A stretch of DNA of 64,000 bases from Thermodesulfobacteriota bacterium (GCA_042573485.1 JBHPCX010000004.1:18210-82209), one strand, 5' to 3'. Positions 1 through 9,346 are shown, counted from the first letter of the stretch. Numbers and translations are program-made. The notes: generated by a model not told the origin, from the sequence alone.

Positions 1-1
1 T

Positions 2-808
2 TTTCTCAGCAAGTTCCTGTTTGTTAATAATTCAACAGGCGATAAAGAAATATACATCTGTGATTTTGACGGACAAAATGTGAAGAAACTGACATCAGAT
101 AAGAGTATCGCCCTGATGCCCCGATGGTCGCCCGACGGTGAAAACTTCGCGTACAATTCTATTAAAGAAGGAGGCTGGATGCTCTATTTAATGGGCATTT
201 CTTCGGGAAGGACGAGGAAAATCTCCGGCAGGAAGGGTCTCAACATGGGTGCCCGCTGGTTGAATAACGGTAAAAACCTTGATCTTACTTTGAGCTATGA
301 CAGGGGAAACCAGGACATCTATACCATTGACCTTGATGGTAAAATCCTGAAGAGAAATACAAATCACTGGGGCAGTGATTTATCACCGACCCGGTCTCCC
401 GACGGCTCAAAAATAGCCTTTGTGTCAAACAGGTCAGGTTCTCCCCAGATATATATCAAGGATCTAAAGGCCGGGTATGAGGAGAGGATCACTTTTGATT
501 TTAAGGAGGCTACAAATCCTGTGTGGTCCAGTCTTAACAGAATAATTTTCTCGGCAGTGTCAGATGAAAGCCAGGGTAAATTTGATATATATAATATTAA
601 TCCCGATGGAACCGGTTTAAAACAATTGACAGAAAACAATGGGAATAATGAAGACCCGTGCTGGTCACCTGACGGAAGATTTATTGTCTTCAGCTCAAAC
701 AGGTCGGGAGGTTATCACCTGTATATAATGAACGCGAATGGATATAACCAGAGGAGGATCACATATTTTAAAGGAGAAGAGGAAGCTCCGTCCTGGTCGC
801 CATTTTAA
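2..808 (+). CDS. tolB: TolB periplasmic beta-propeller protein, C-terminal part (5' end lies outside the window)
   Basis: The frame is open from base 2 (FLSKFLFVNNSTGDKEIYICDFDG...), so the listed GTG at 80 is internal. Repeated blade motifs are present (RWSPDGENFAY, RSPDGSKIAFVSNRSG, CWSPDGRFIVFSSNRSG). pal and ybgF follow. Confidence 0.9.
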   Translation, partial: FLSKFLFVNNSTGDKEIYICDFDGQNVKKLTSDKSIALMPRWSPDGENFAYNSIKEGGWMLYLMGISSGRTRKISGRKGLNMGARWLNNGKNLDLTLSYDRGNQDIYTIDLDGKILKRNTNHWGSDLSPTRSPDGSKIAFVSNRSGSPQIYIKDLKAGYEERITFDFKEATNPVWSSLNRIIFSAVSDESQGKFDIYNINPDGTGLKQLTENNGNNEDPCWSPDGRFIVFSSNRSGGYHLYIMNANGYNQRRITYFKGEEEAPSWSPF

Positions 809-813
809 ATTTG

Positions 814-940
814 CCCTGGACACCAGCAAAATGTCATCTGCTGTGTTGTCTTCGGTCGCTTCTCCTTGCGGCGTATTGATTATACGCCTCAGTCGGCGCT
901 CCTCGACGCCTTGCATCTAACACCTTGCTGGTGTCCAGGG
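814..940 (+). repeat. 16-bp perfect inverted repeat (814-829 ccctggacaccagcaa / 925-940 ttgctggtgtccaggg) enclosing 95 nt that contain a 7-bp hairpin (870-876/882-888)
   Basis: Read directly from the sequence. It starts 6 nt after the tolB stop, inside an unusually long (about 310 bp) tolB-pal spacer. Confidence 0.7.
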
Positions 941-1121
941 ATTATCTAAGATTCATTGATATCATTGCTTATAAATAAATTTGATGGTGGATTATAAATT
1001 TATATTGTTATTTTTTAATTAGAAGTTAATAATATAAAAATATCTATAGCCTTGAAATATTTCTTTCAAGATGGTAAATATAACAGGTTTTCCTATATTA
1101 AACATAATTCAGGGGGTTAAA

Positions 1122-1727
1122 ATGCTTAAAAAAACCATGATTGGTCTGTTAATTTTTGGATTTGTTCTTTCATCACTTTTTCTCGTTTCATGTGGTCCCA
1201 GTAAGAGAGAGATCATGAAAAGAGAGGCCGCTGAAGCGAAAGTAAAAGCTGATGCAGATGCACAAGCAAGAGCAGATGCACAAGCAAGGGCAGATGCACA
1301 AGCAAGGGCAGATGCACAAGCAAGAGCAGATGCACAAGCAAGAGCAGATGCACAAGCAAGAGCAGATGACTCAGCGAGGCAAGCTCTCATGGAAATGGAA
1401 TCAGAAAAGATCTTTTTTGACTATGACAGGTCAGAGCTTAAACCTGAGGCAAGGGCTGTATTGACAAAGAAGGCCGCGTGGCTGAGGGAAAACACCGGGT
1501 ACAGTATCAAAATAGAAGGTCATTGTGATGAGAGAGGAAGTACTGAATATAACCTGGCGCTGGGTGAGAAAAGAGCGGACGCCGCTGCTAAATTTTTAAT
1601 TGCCCTGGGTGTGTCCGCGAGCAGGATCAATACGGTAAGCCTTGGTGAAGAAAAACCTGCGGATTCCCGCAGCAATGAAACAGCCTGGGCAAAAAACAGG
1701 CGGGACGAATTCATACTTGTTAAATAG
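1122..1727 (+). CDS. pal: Peptidoglycan-associated lipoprotein Pal (OmpA-like C-terminal domain) with a repetitive ADAQAR linker
   Basis: ATG at 1122 follows an AGGGGG RBS. The signal peptide ends in the lipobox LVSC. The OmpA-like core reads FFDYDRSEL...IEGHCDERGSTEYNLALGEKRA...NRRDEF. Sits in tolB-pal-ybgF synteny. The track start at 1071 is probably too far upstream. Confidence 0.9.
   Translation: MLKKTMIGLLIFGFVLSSLFLVSCGPSKREIMKREAAEAKVKADADAQARADAQARADAQARADAQARADAQARADAQARADDSARQALMEMESEKIFFDYDRSELKPEARAVLTKKAAWLRENTGYSIKIEGHCDERGSTEYNLALGEKRADAAAKFLIALGVSASRINTVSLGEEKPADSRSNETAWAKNRRDEFILVK
1254..1367 (+). repeat. 18-bp tandem repeat gcagatgcacaagcaag(a/g), six full copies plus a partial one, in frame within pal (ADAQAR x6)
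   Basis: Copies differ only at the last base of the unit (a/g). The out-of-frame ORFs 1252-1464(+) and 1109-1390(-) are artefacts of this repeat. Confidence 0.95.
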
Positions 1728-1816
1728 AATGCAGGAATATTAATAAAAGCTCTGCAGAAAAAGTTTTTATAAAGCTTTTTCCGGCAGTTAATCGGTCAAG
1801 ACTGGCAAAATACGGC

Positions 1817-2689
1817 ATGAACTGCAATAAAGGGAAATATAAATATATATTAGGGTGGGCCGCAGTTTTAATAGCAACCCTTTGCAGTTCATGCGTATCT
1901 GATGAAGAGTTTCGATATACTTATGACCAGGTAAACGCACTTAAGCGCACTACCTCTGATATGCAGAGTACGTTTGATTCCAAACTGGAAACTGTACATG
2001 ATAGCCAGGCAGCTACCAGCGTGGAAATAGAAGGTCTGAAAAAGGATTTAAGAGAGTTAGCCGGTCGCGTGGAGGATAATGAACACCTCGTACAGCATAG
2101 TATTGAAAAAGACCTTAATGAACAGGATGAACTTCGAAACGAAATCTCAAAACTCCTGGAATTAACTGAAAAGATAGAACGACTTGAAAAGTTGTTAAAC
2201 TATCATCATGAATACCTCAACCTGGAAACAATTAATCCAGAGGGGGATACTGAAAAGGTATCTGATCAAGGTGCAGAATTTGCGGCAGTTACATCCGGTG
2301 GATCAACGCAAAAACCAGAGGATGAAGTTCTTTATGAAGCAAACCGTACCTTTTATAATGATGAAAAATACGATCAGGCATTAAAGGGCTTTAAATCTTT
2401 TTTGGAAGCATTCCCTGATTCAGAACTCGCGGACAACGCGCATTTCTGGATTGGTGAATGCTTCATGTCTTTAAAAGAATATGAGCATGCTATTCGGGCT
2501 TACCAGGAAGTTATTGAAAAATACCCAAAGGGAAATAAAGTGCCGAATGCCATGCTCCGTCAGGCGGTCGCATGGCTGGAGATTGGTGAAAAGATCAGCT
2601 CGAAATTATTGTTAAATAAGGTTTTAAAGAATTATCCCGACTCCCCTGAAGCAAAAATTGCTGAAAAACAGTTATCCTCTATTAAATGA
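1817..2689 (+). CDS. ybgF: Tol-Pal system protein YbgF/CpoB (coiled coil plus C-terminal TPR)
   Basis: Has an N-terminal signal/lipobox-like CSSC, a long coiled-coil region and TPR-like repeats (YDQALKGFKSFLEAFPDSELADNAHFWIGECF...YPKGNKVPNAMLRQA). Lies immediately after pal. Confidence 0.85.
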   Translation: MNCNKGKYKYILGWAAVLIATLCSSCVSDEEFRYTYDQVNALKRTTSDMQSTFDSKLETVHDSQAATSVEIEGLKKDLRELAGRVEDNEHLVQHSIEKDLNEQDELRNEISKLLELTEKIERLEKLLNYHHEYLNLETINPEGDTEKVSDQGAEFAAVTSGGSTQKPEDEVLYEANRTFYNDEKYDQALKGFKSFLEAFPDSELADNAHFWIGECFMSLKEYEHAIRAYQEVIEKYPKGNKVPNAMLRQAVAWLEIGEKISSKLLLNKVLKNYPDSPEAKIAEKQLSSIK

Positions 2690-2771
2690 CCATTCCAATA
2701 TTTTGTGATATTCGTGCCTAAACCAGTATTTAATTTTCCCGGTTACATTAATAATCATCTATCCGATAAAA

Positions 2772-4535
2772 GTGGAAAATAAAAGTATAAATAAAATAAA
2801 TATATCATTATTCGTTTCAAACGAACATACAATTATGGCCGTTCTGGCTGCGATCGTTGGCATTATAGCCGGTTTTGGTGCTATTGGATTTCGATATCTT
2901 CTGGAGTTTATTCAGACTGTCGCCTATGGAGCATCCGGCAATATGATGGAGGCGGTCGCGTCAAATCCCTGGTATATCAGGATACTGGCCCCGGCTATCG
3001 GGGGCCTGATTGTCGGCCCCCTGGTTTACTTCTTTGCCAGAGAAGCAAAGGGCCATGGTGTTCCTGAAGTTATGGAGGCAGTGGCATTAAAACAGGGGAT
3101 AATAAGGAAACGTGTTGTATTTGTAAAATCCTTTGCATCCGCTATCTCAATAAGCACCGGCGGTTCTGTAGGCCGCGAGGGTCCCATTGTCCAGATAGGT
3201 TCCGCTATCGGGTCTGTGATAGGTCAATTACTTAAAATGTCAGGTGACAGAGTAAGAACCCTTGTCGGGTGCGGAGCAGCAGCAGGCATTGCAGCTACCT
3301 TTAATGCTCCAATCGCGGGTTCAATGTTCGCACTGGAAATCATCCTTGGTGATTTCGGTCTGGCGACATTCAGCCCGATTGTTATATCATCTGTTATGGC
3401 AACCGCGATTTCAAGGCACTTTCTGGGAGATATCCCCGCTTTTGTTGTCCCTGTTTATGAGATGGTGAATGTTTTAGAACTGTCTCTCTATGTTATTATG
3501 GGCTTTTTCTGCGCTTTTATTGCTGTAACTTTTACACGGACTCTTTATATATTTGAGGACCTGTATGATAAAATAAAAATCCCCGAGTATCTCAAGGCGA
3601 TGACAGGGGGGATATTGATAGGATGCATTGGCCTTCAGTTTCCACACCTGTTAGGGGTTGGTTATCCTGCCATGGACCTCGCGCTGACCCAGCAGTTGAG
3701 CATATGGACAATGCTCCTGCTGATATTCTGTAAAATATTCGCAACATCCATAACAATCGGTTCAGGCGGGTCCGGAGGGATATTCGCTCCTTCGCTATTT
3801 ATCGGGGCTATGACCGGTGGTTTTTTTGGCTCAATCGTCCATTCCTTATTTCCGGAAATGACAGCATCTCCGGGAGCCTACAGCATTGTAGGTATGGCTG
3901 CTGTTGTAAGCGGAACGACGCACGGACCTCTAAGTGCAATGCTCATTCTTTTCGAAATGACGAGTGATTATAAAATAATACTCCCCCTTATGATTACATG
4001 TATAATAAGTAACCTTGCAAGCGGGCGGTTATTAAAAGATTCAATTTATACTCTAAAATTAGCCCGCAGGGGAATTAATTTAAAAGCCGGAAAAGAGGTT
4101 AATGTTTTAAAATCTATACCTGTTAAAAATGTGATGAATAAAAATATAGAGACCATTTCTGAAAGTATGCCCCTTGGGGAGATGACAAAAAGAATATTTA
4201 AAAGCAAGAATACCAGTTTTCCCGTTGTGGACAGTAATGGCTCACTGATAGGAATCCTTTCATATTATGATTATCAGGAAGCAATTTTTGATGAAGATCT
4301 GAAAGACCTGATTGTCGCAAAGGACCTTGCCACGTCAAAAATTGTAACTGTTACGCAGGATGATAACCTGTATGATGCCTTTGAAAAGATCAGCCGTAAA
4401 GATTATTCAACTCTTCCGGTAGTATCCTCTGATGATCCCACGAAATTATGGGGTATACTCTCAAGGCGTGATATTATCAGTGCTTATAATAAGGCTGTTA
4501 TAAAGAAGTCTGTTTTTGAAGAGAAAAAGGTATAG
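2772..4535 (+). CDS. ClC-family voltage-gated chloride channel / H+-Cl- antiporter with two C-terminal CBS domains
   Basis: Shows the ClC signatures GHGVPEV, GGSVGREGP and GGIFAPSLFIGA, about 10 or more hydrophobic helices and a CBS pair in the last ~140 aa. The start (GTG 2772 versus ATG 2835) is uncertain. Confidence 0.9.
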   Translation: MENKSINKINISLFVSNEHTIMAVLAAIVGIIAGFGAIGFRYLLEFIQTVAYGASGNMMEAVASNPWYIRILAPAIGGLIVGPLVYFFAREAKGHGVPEVMEAVALKQGIIRKRVVFVKSFASAISISTGGSVGREGPIVQIGSAIGSVIGQLLKMSGDRVRTLVGCGAAAGIAATFNAPIAGSMFALEIILGDFGLATFSPIVISSVMATAISRHFLGDIPAFVVPVYEMVNVLELSLYVIMGFFCAFIAVTFTRTLYIFEDLYDKIKIPEYLKAMTGGILIGCIGLQFPHLLGVGYPAMDLALTQQLSIWTMLLLIFCKIFATSITIGSGGSGGIFAPSLFIGAMTGGFFGSIVHSLFPEMTASPGAYSIVGMAAVVSGTTHGPLSAMLILFEMTSDYKIILPLMITCIISNLASGRLLKDSIYTLKLARRGINLKAGKEVNVLKSIPVKNVMNKNIETISESMPLGEMTKRIFKSKNTSFPVVDSNGSLIGILSYYDYQEAIFDEDLKDLIVAKDLATSKIVTVTQDDNLYDAFEKISRKDYSTLPVVSSDDPTKLWGILSRRDIISAYNKAVIKKSVFEEKKV

Positions 4536-4724
4536 TTCCTGAATTTTGTACCAGATATCTATATTATCCTCACAGTATTCAGACCTTAATAAAGTAATAT
4601 ATCCCTTGTATTATTTAATATGTATAATTATACTTAATTAATCAAAATAAAACATGTAAAGATGAATTCCAAAATAAACTATTTAATATAAGATAATTTT
4701 ATCTACTGTTGACTATTTATTAGA

Positions 4725-4753
4725 TTGACTTTAAGCTTTTGAAGTATTATAAA
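4725..4753 (+). promoter_or_regulatory. Candidate sigma-70 promoter TTGACT-17 bp-TATAAA upstream of the small HTH gene
   Basis: Hexamers and 17-bp spacing were read directly. The region is AT-rich. A palindrome gatca-N6-tgatc lies just downstream (4771-4786). Confidence 0.4.
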
Positions 4754-4813
4754 TAACATTAAAGATTTTTCGATCAGTTCATTGATCTATTAAAAACAAA
4801 TAGGGAGTTTACC

Positions 4814-4987
4814 ATGCCACAGATAATGACAACAAAAGAACTAGCAAAATACCTTAAATTGCACGAGATTACTATATGTAAATATGCCGCGGAAGATAAA
4901 ATTCCAGCTATCAGAATTGGGCGTGTTTGGCGTTTTGATAAAAATGCCATAGATGAGTGGATAGCCAGCGGCGGTAAAAAGAAATAA
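4814..4987 (+). CDS. Helix-turn-helix DNA-binding protein, excisionase/MerR-like family (57 aa; absent from the ORF track because it is under 60 aa)
   Basis: A GGGAG RBS sits 7 nt upstream of the ATG. The translation is MPQIMTTKELAKYLKLHEITICKYAAEDKIPAIRIGRVWRFDKNAIDEWIASGGKKK. The TxxExAxxL...xxxIPxxxxGxxWRFxxxxIxxW pattern is characteristic of the excisionase-type HTH_17 family. The antisense ORFs 4774-5034 and 4911-5108 are shadows. Confidence 0.75.
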   Translation: MPQIMTTKELAKYLKLHEITICKYAAEDKIPAIRIGRVWRFDKNAIDEWIASGGKKK

Positions 4988-4998
4988 TTTCTAGTAAA

Positions 4999-5205
4999 AT
5001 GAATGATAAAAAGGACATTGATCTTGCCATACACGATAGTACGGGTGCGTTTTTGATGCTTGACAAGAAAGAACGAAAGTTACTCAAGGAACTGATATAT
5101 GTGACCATGAGTTCAAAAAACGCCCGTAAATATATTGCTGATAAACTTGGCAGCGAATATATAGAAATTGGGAATAATCTGTATAAGGTAATGGGTGGGA
5201 AATAA
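4999..5205 (+). CDS. Hypothetical small protein (68 aa) co-oriented with the HTH gene
   Basis: The ORF starts 12 nt after the HTH stop. I recognise no motif in it. Confidence 0.4.
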   Translation: MNDKKDIDLAIHDSTGAFLMLDKKERKLLKELIYVTMSSKNARKYIADKLGSEYIEIGNNLYKVMGGK

Positions 5206-5263
5206 TACTTATCACCCTCTTGATCAGAAGTTATAAGAAAACAATATTAAAATTTGGAATATA

Positions 5264-6457
5264 TCATTTATAAAGTAGATATTGTTCGCGCAACTCAATA
5301 AAATCTTTCCTTTCTAAAAGCCATATATCTTTTATCCTGTTTATATGCTCTCCTTTTTCAATGGCTTTTCTCAGGCCAGTGTTTCCAATTATCAAGTCGA
5401 TTGGTAATTTATCGTACACGTATTCATATGGCGGATCTTTCCATGTAAATTCATCTTGATGGATTTCCACAATAGTTCTCAAAAGAGCTATGGCTGTTTC
5501 GTATGACCTGAAAATTTTCCTGTCAAGGATATGAATCATAAACCCTTTGCAGATTTGATCATGCCATTTATTGAAGGTAGGCTTAAATGAGATTTCCCTG
5601 AGAGTGCAACCCTTCAAAAAATGAGGCGGAACTTTTCTTTTAATCAGATGTGTATCTAAAAATGGTGCCCCGAATATTTCAAAGGGCCGGCATGTCCCTC
5701 TGCCTTCAGAGATATTTGTGCCTTCCCATATGACCTGTCCGGGATAAACATATGCAGTTTCAGGTAAAGGCATATTAGGGGAAGGCACTGCCCATATCAA
5801 AGCCGTATCTTCCCATAACATTGTACGGTCCCAACCTTTCATTTTTATTATTTCAAGATCGCAACCTATGGAAAATTCCCGGTTGAATAGAAGGGCAAGT
5901 TCCCCCATAGTCATTCCATGCCGCATTGGCATACTGAATGGCCCGACAAAAGAGAACAATTCAGGAGAAAGCAGGTTCCCTTCAATAACGTCACCACCCA
6001 GCGGGTTGGGCCTGTCCAGTATGACTACCCTTTTAGAGTATTTTTTTGCAGCCTTAAGGCAATTCAGCATTGTTGAAGTAAAGGTGTAGACCCTTGTTCC
6101 AACATCCTGCATATCTATTACCAGGACATCTATCAAATCCAGCATTTCAGAAGTGGGTTCTCTGGACTCACTGTAGAGGCTGAATACAGGTATTTTCAAC
6201 TCCTTATCATAGGAATGACCTGTTTCTATCATATTGTCCTGGTCTTCTCCGGCATATCCATGCTGAGGACCATAGAGCGCTTTGAGGTTGTCAGGAAACA
6301 GGCTGTATAGGGTTTCCCTCGCGTGAGTCAGGTCTTTACTGACAGAGGCTTGATTTGAAAGGAGACCGAGCCTTTGCCCCTTTAAGATTTTATAGTATTC
6401 TGATTTAAATTCATCGAGGCCTGTTAATACGGTCATTAGTCCTGATGCCTTACCCAT
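5264..6457 (-). CDS. DUF1343 family protein (NamZ-like exo-beta-N-acetylmuramidase family)
   Basis: 397 aa with LGLLSNQASV near the N-terminus and overall DUF1343-like architecture. Lies next to a lytic transglycosylase. The family assignment is from memory of conserved blocks. Confidence 0.7.
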   Translation of the reverse strand: MGKASGLMTVLTGLDEFKSEYYKILKGQRLGLLSNQASVSKDLTHARETLYSLFPDNLKALYGPQHGYAGEDQDNMIETGHSYDKELKIPVFSLYSESREPTSEMLDLIDVLVIDMQDVGTRVYTFTSTMLNCLKAAKKYSKRVVILDRPNPLGGDVIEGNLLSPELFSFVGPFSMPMRHGMTMGELALLFNREFSIGCDLEIIKMKGWDRTMLWEDTALIWAVPSPNMPLPETAYVYPGQVIWEGTNISEGRGTCRPFEIFGAPFLDTHLIKRKVPPHFLKGCTLREISFKPTFNKWHDQICKGFMIHILDRKIFRSYETAIALLRTIVEIHQDEFTWKDPPYEYVYDKLPIDLIIGNTGLRKAIEKGEHINRIKDIWLLERKDFIELREQYLLYK

Positions 6458-6479
6458 AGAGTTTTTAACAGGTTGAGTA

Positions 6480-8309
6480 TTATCGTGGAATGATTTTAAC
6501 TTCCTGCCCGGGATAGATTGTGCTTTTGGCTGTTAAATTATTAATTTTCAGAAAATCATAGAGGTTCATACTGTGTCTTTTTGCAATCAGGTATGGAGAA
6601 TCACCGCTCCGGACTATATAACTCTGGCTTACTCCCGGTTTAGAATCAGTCGATCCCTTGGATACCGTCAGTACCTGGCCTATTTGAAGAGTTGAACTGC
6701 TCAGGCCGTTAACCGCTTTAATTGAATTAACCGTGGTACCGAATCGCTTAGCTATTTTCCATAATGAATCACCTTTTTGAACAATATATTTTGTAGGTGT
6801 TCCTGATGAATCGGCATATGTCACTGGAGTGTATTTTCCTGTTGGTATTTTCAGCTTCCAGCCGACCCTGAGATAATCCTTCTTCTTAAGGTTGTTCATA
6901 TTCATGATTGACTTGATGGAGGTTTTGTATCTAACAGCTATGACCGACAGGGATTCCCCGCTCCTCACTCTGTGAGTGACATAGGCGGGAGTGGGAGGAT
7001 TATAAACAGGGATATCATCCAGTTTCGCTGTTAGGACAGCACCCTTTCCTTTCGGAACCTTTAGTTCATATGTTGTCTTTGGTGTTACATTCTGAAATAG
7101 GGAGGGGTTCAGTTCCTTCAGTTGATCATATTTTATATCCATTGTTTTCGCCAGGGTATTCAAACTCATCATCTTCTTTACGGTAATCTTTTCATATCCC
7201 AGCTCTTTTTCCAGGGGCGGAAGTTCAAATCCGTAGGTTTCAGGGTCTTTAAGAATATGAAGTACTGCGTAGAACCTGGGGACATAACGGGCTGTTTCAT
7301 TAGGCAGTTTTTGAAAAAGGTCCCAGAAATCATCCATATAGCTGATTTTCTGAGATTTTATCGCCCGTATTACCCTTGCTTCACCGCAATTATAACCGGC
7401 TAGAGCTGTTTTCCATTCCCCAAAGATCTGGTGCAGCTCAGTTAAGTATGCAATAGCAGCTTTGGTGGATTTTTCCGGGTCCATCCTTTCATCAATCCAT
7501 GTATTCCTTTTCAGACCGTATTTATAACCTGTCGATGCAATGAATTGCCACATCCCCATCGCACTTTTATTGGAAAGGGCCTTTGTGCTATACCCGCTTT
7601 CTATTAAAGGGAGCCATGATAACTCCTCAGGAAGTCCCGCCTTCCTGAGTTCTCTTAAAATCGCAGGCCGGTATTTGCCGGATCTGGCATATACCTTCAG
7701 AAACCATTTTTTCTCTCTCCCCTTGAATGAATCAATCTCTTTCTGCACATAGCCGTTCATATCCAGGGGGATTTCCTTGTGAGTACCGTTTGCAACCGTA
7801 AAACGTGATGAGTATACCTCAACCATTCTCTTGGCAATTGTTATACGAAGGTCATCCTTTTCCTGGAGTATTTCAGGATTAGTCGAATTGTTTATCTTTA
7901 ATGTAAATGATAAGGCCTTATCAAGGCAGCCAATGGCGTTTTCAAGGTCGCCCTGTTCCCAGAACTCATTGGACGCCTGACAATATTCAAGCGCGGAGTC
8001 TATCAGTTCCTGGTCTGTAAGAGGCTCAATATTTTTTTCATTGTTTAATCCTTTTTTCTCGATCTGCTCTTCATGTAACGCGGTCTGGATTTCAGATTTT
8101 TCTTCTTCTAATGCCAATGTTTCATTATTCGCAACAGGAAGCTGTTTATCAACATAACTGGAAGGGACATCCTCGGAGTTCTCGGATGTCACAGCCTGAG
8201 CTTCAACTCTTTCAGGTGATGGAGGATTTGAATTTAAGGAAGCACAACCTATATATAGAAAAAATAAAAGTGAAAAAATAAGAACAGCCAACATCCTAAA
8301 AAAATTCAT
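6480..8309 (-). CDS. Membrane-bound lytic murein transglycosylase D-like protein (SLT domain plus three C-terminal LysM domains)
   Basis: Has a signal peptide with a lipobox-like YIGCAS. The SLT catalytic block reads LPLIESGYS...MGMWQF...AGYNCGEARV. Three LysM repeats are present (HRVRSGESLSVIAVRY, YIVQKGDSLWKIAKRF, YIVRSGDSPYLIAKRH). Confidence 0.9.
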   Translation of the reverse strand: MNFFRMLAVLIFSLLFFLYIGCASLNSNPPSPERVEAQAVTSENSEDVPSSYVDKQLPVANNETLALEEEKSEIQTALHEEQIEKKGLNNEKNIEPLTDQELIDSALEYCQASNEFWEQGDLENAIGCLDKALSFTLKINNSTNPEILQEKDDLRITIAKRMVEVYSSRFTVANGTHKEIPLDMNGYVQKEIDSFKGREKKWFLKVYARSGKYRPAILRELRKAGLPEELSWLPLIESGYSTKALSNKSAMGMWQFIASTGYKYGLKRNTWIDERMDPEKSTKAAIAYLTELHQIFGEWKTALAGYNCGEARVIRAIKSQKISYMDDFWDLFQKLPNETARYVPRFYAVLHILKDPETYGFELPPLEKELGYEKITVKKMMSLNTLAKTMDIKYDQLKELNPSLFQNVTPKTTYELKVPKGKGAVLTAKLDDIPVYNPPTPAYVTHRVRSGESLSVIAVRYKTSIKSIMNMNNLKKKDYLRVGWKLKIPTGKYTPVTYADSSGTPTKYIVQKGDSLWKIAKRFGTTVNSIKAVNGLSSSTLQIGQVLTVSKGSTDSKPGVSQSYIVRSGDSPYLIAKRHSMNLYDFLKINNLTAKSTIYPGQEVKIIPR

Positions 8310-8601
8310 TTCTATTTCCTTTCATGAACATGCCCATATCCGGGAAAGCATGGTCCCAATTCTAAAGTAAAATAAGCAAGAAAAATTGATTCTTAGCAGG
8401 TTTACTCCTGATTTATCACTTCCCGGAGTAATCCCGGCGTAATGATCTTCTGTTAAACTAACATATACGGTTGAGGGAGTATAATGAAACCACAGGAAAT
8501 GGTCAAGAGTTTAAGAATTACCAGGTAATCATGGTTGATTATTCCCCTCTGAGCGTGTATTATTTTTGATTATCTATAGAAAAAGGATAAAGCCTGGATT
8601 T

Positions 8602-9333
8602 ATGATGAAGAACCTGGAACTTATCAAGCCGGAATTAACCGGTAAAAAGAAACGGAAATGCCTTGCCTGCGGCAGTGCTGAACTAGGCAGAAGAAGGCGA
8701 TACTGCTCTCCTGATTGCAGAAATCAGATTATGTGGGTACTTTCCCTTTCAAAGGGGCTGCTCAGCAGCTTTAACGCGAGGTACGCGTCTTTTTCCTTTA
8801 GCCGGAACCAGGTAACCCTTGATATTTTACCTGCATGGTCAAAAGAGATATCAAGATTTACTCATAAACGTACTTCCGGTCAAAAACCTGCCCATGACCT
8901 TAAAAAGTTGATACTGGACTCGGGAAGCGAATGGTATGCTTTGATCGATGATAATAATTCAAGGAGTTCTGCGAGTCTTTCTCTCTTAAAGAAAAACAGT
9001 AACGGATCGATTCCTTCACAATCCATTAAACCGGATAGCAGTGTAAAGCCCAGGTTTTCAAAGGATGAAAGGCAGGCGTTAAAACGTCTTCGTTTAAAAC
9101 TGGAAGAGTTAATCGCGGAAGAAAAGACTGTTAAAATAAAGTCTGCCTATAAAAAAATGGCACGAGTCCATCATCCTGATATGGGTGGTGATCCTGAAGA
9201 ATTCAGAAAAGTAAAAGATGCTCATGAGCAAATGCTTAACTGGTCGGAAAATCCTCAATTCACATCAAGAAAGGCCCTTATCGATTGCTGGTCCTATGAT
9301 GCTTATACAAACAAATGGGTCCCCCCACTTTAA
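8602..9333 (+). CDS. Zinc-finger / C-terminal J-domain protein (DnaJ-like co-chaperone of unknown specificity)
   Basis: N-terminal CLACGS...CSPDC forms a four-Cys cluster. The C-terminal block YKKMARVHHPDMGGDPEEFRKVKDAHEQM carries the HPD motif. The track start (TTG 8566) was replaced by ATG 8602. Confidence 0.7.
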   Translation: MMKNLELIKPELTGKKKRKCLACGSAELGRRRRYCSPDCRNQIMWVLSLSKGLLSSFNARYASFSFSRNQVTLDILPAWSKEISRFTHKRTSGQKPAHDLKKLILDSGSEWYALIDDNNSRSSASLSLLKKNSNGSIPSQSIKPDSSVKPRFSKDERQALKRLRLKLEELIAEEKTVKIKSAYKKMARVHHPDMGGDPEEFRKVKDAHEQMLNWSENPQFTSRKALIDCWSYDAYTNKWVPPL

Positions 9334-9346
9334 TCGATAGTTACCT

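Noticed and set aside
1254-1367. Tandem repeats (the 18-mer in pal; the heptamer arrays at 53396 and 63884), considered as possible CRISPR arrays.
   Set aside because: There are no unique spacers between the repeats. The unit lengths of 7 or 18 nt are far below CRISPR repeat-plus-spacer dimensions, and no cas genes are present.
1109-1464. ORFs 1252-1464(+) (MQMHKQEQMHKQGQ...) and 1109-1390(-) (ALACASALACAS...).
   Set aside because: They are out-of-frame or antisense readings of the 18-bp tandem repeat inside pal. Their periodic sequences are artefacts of the repeat.
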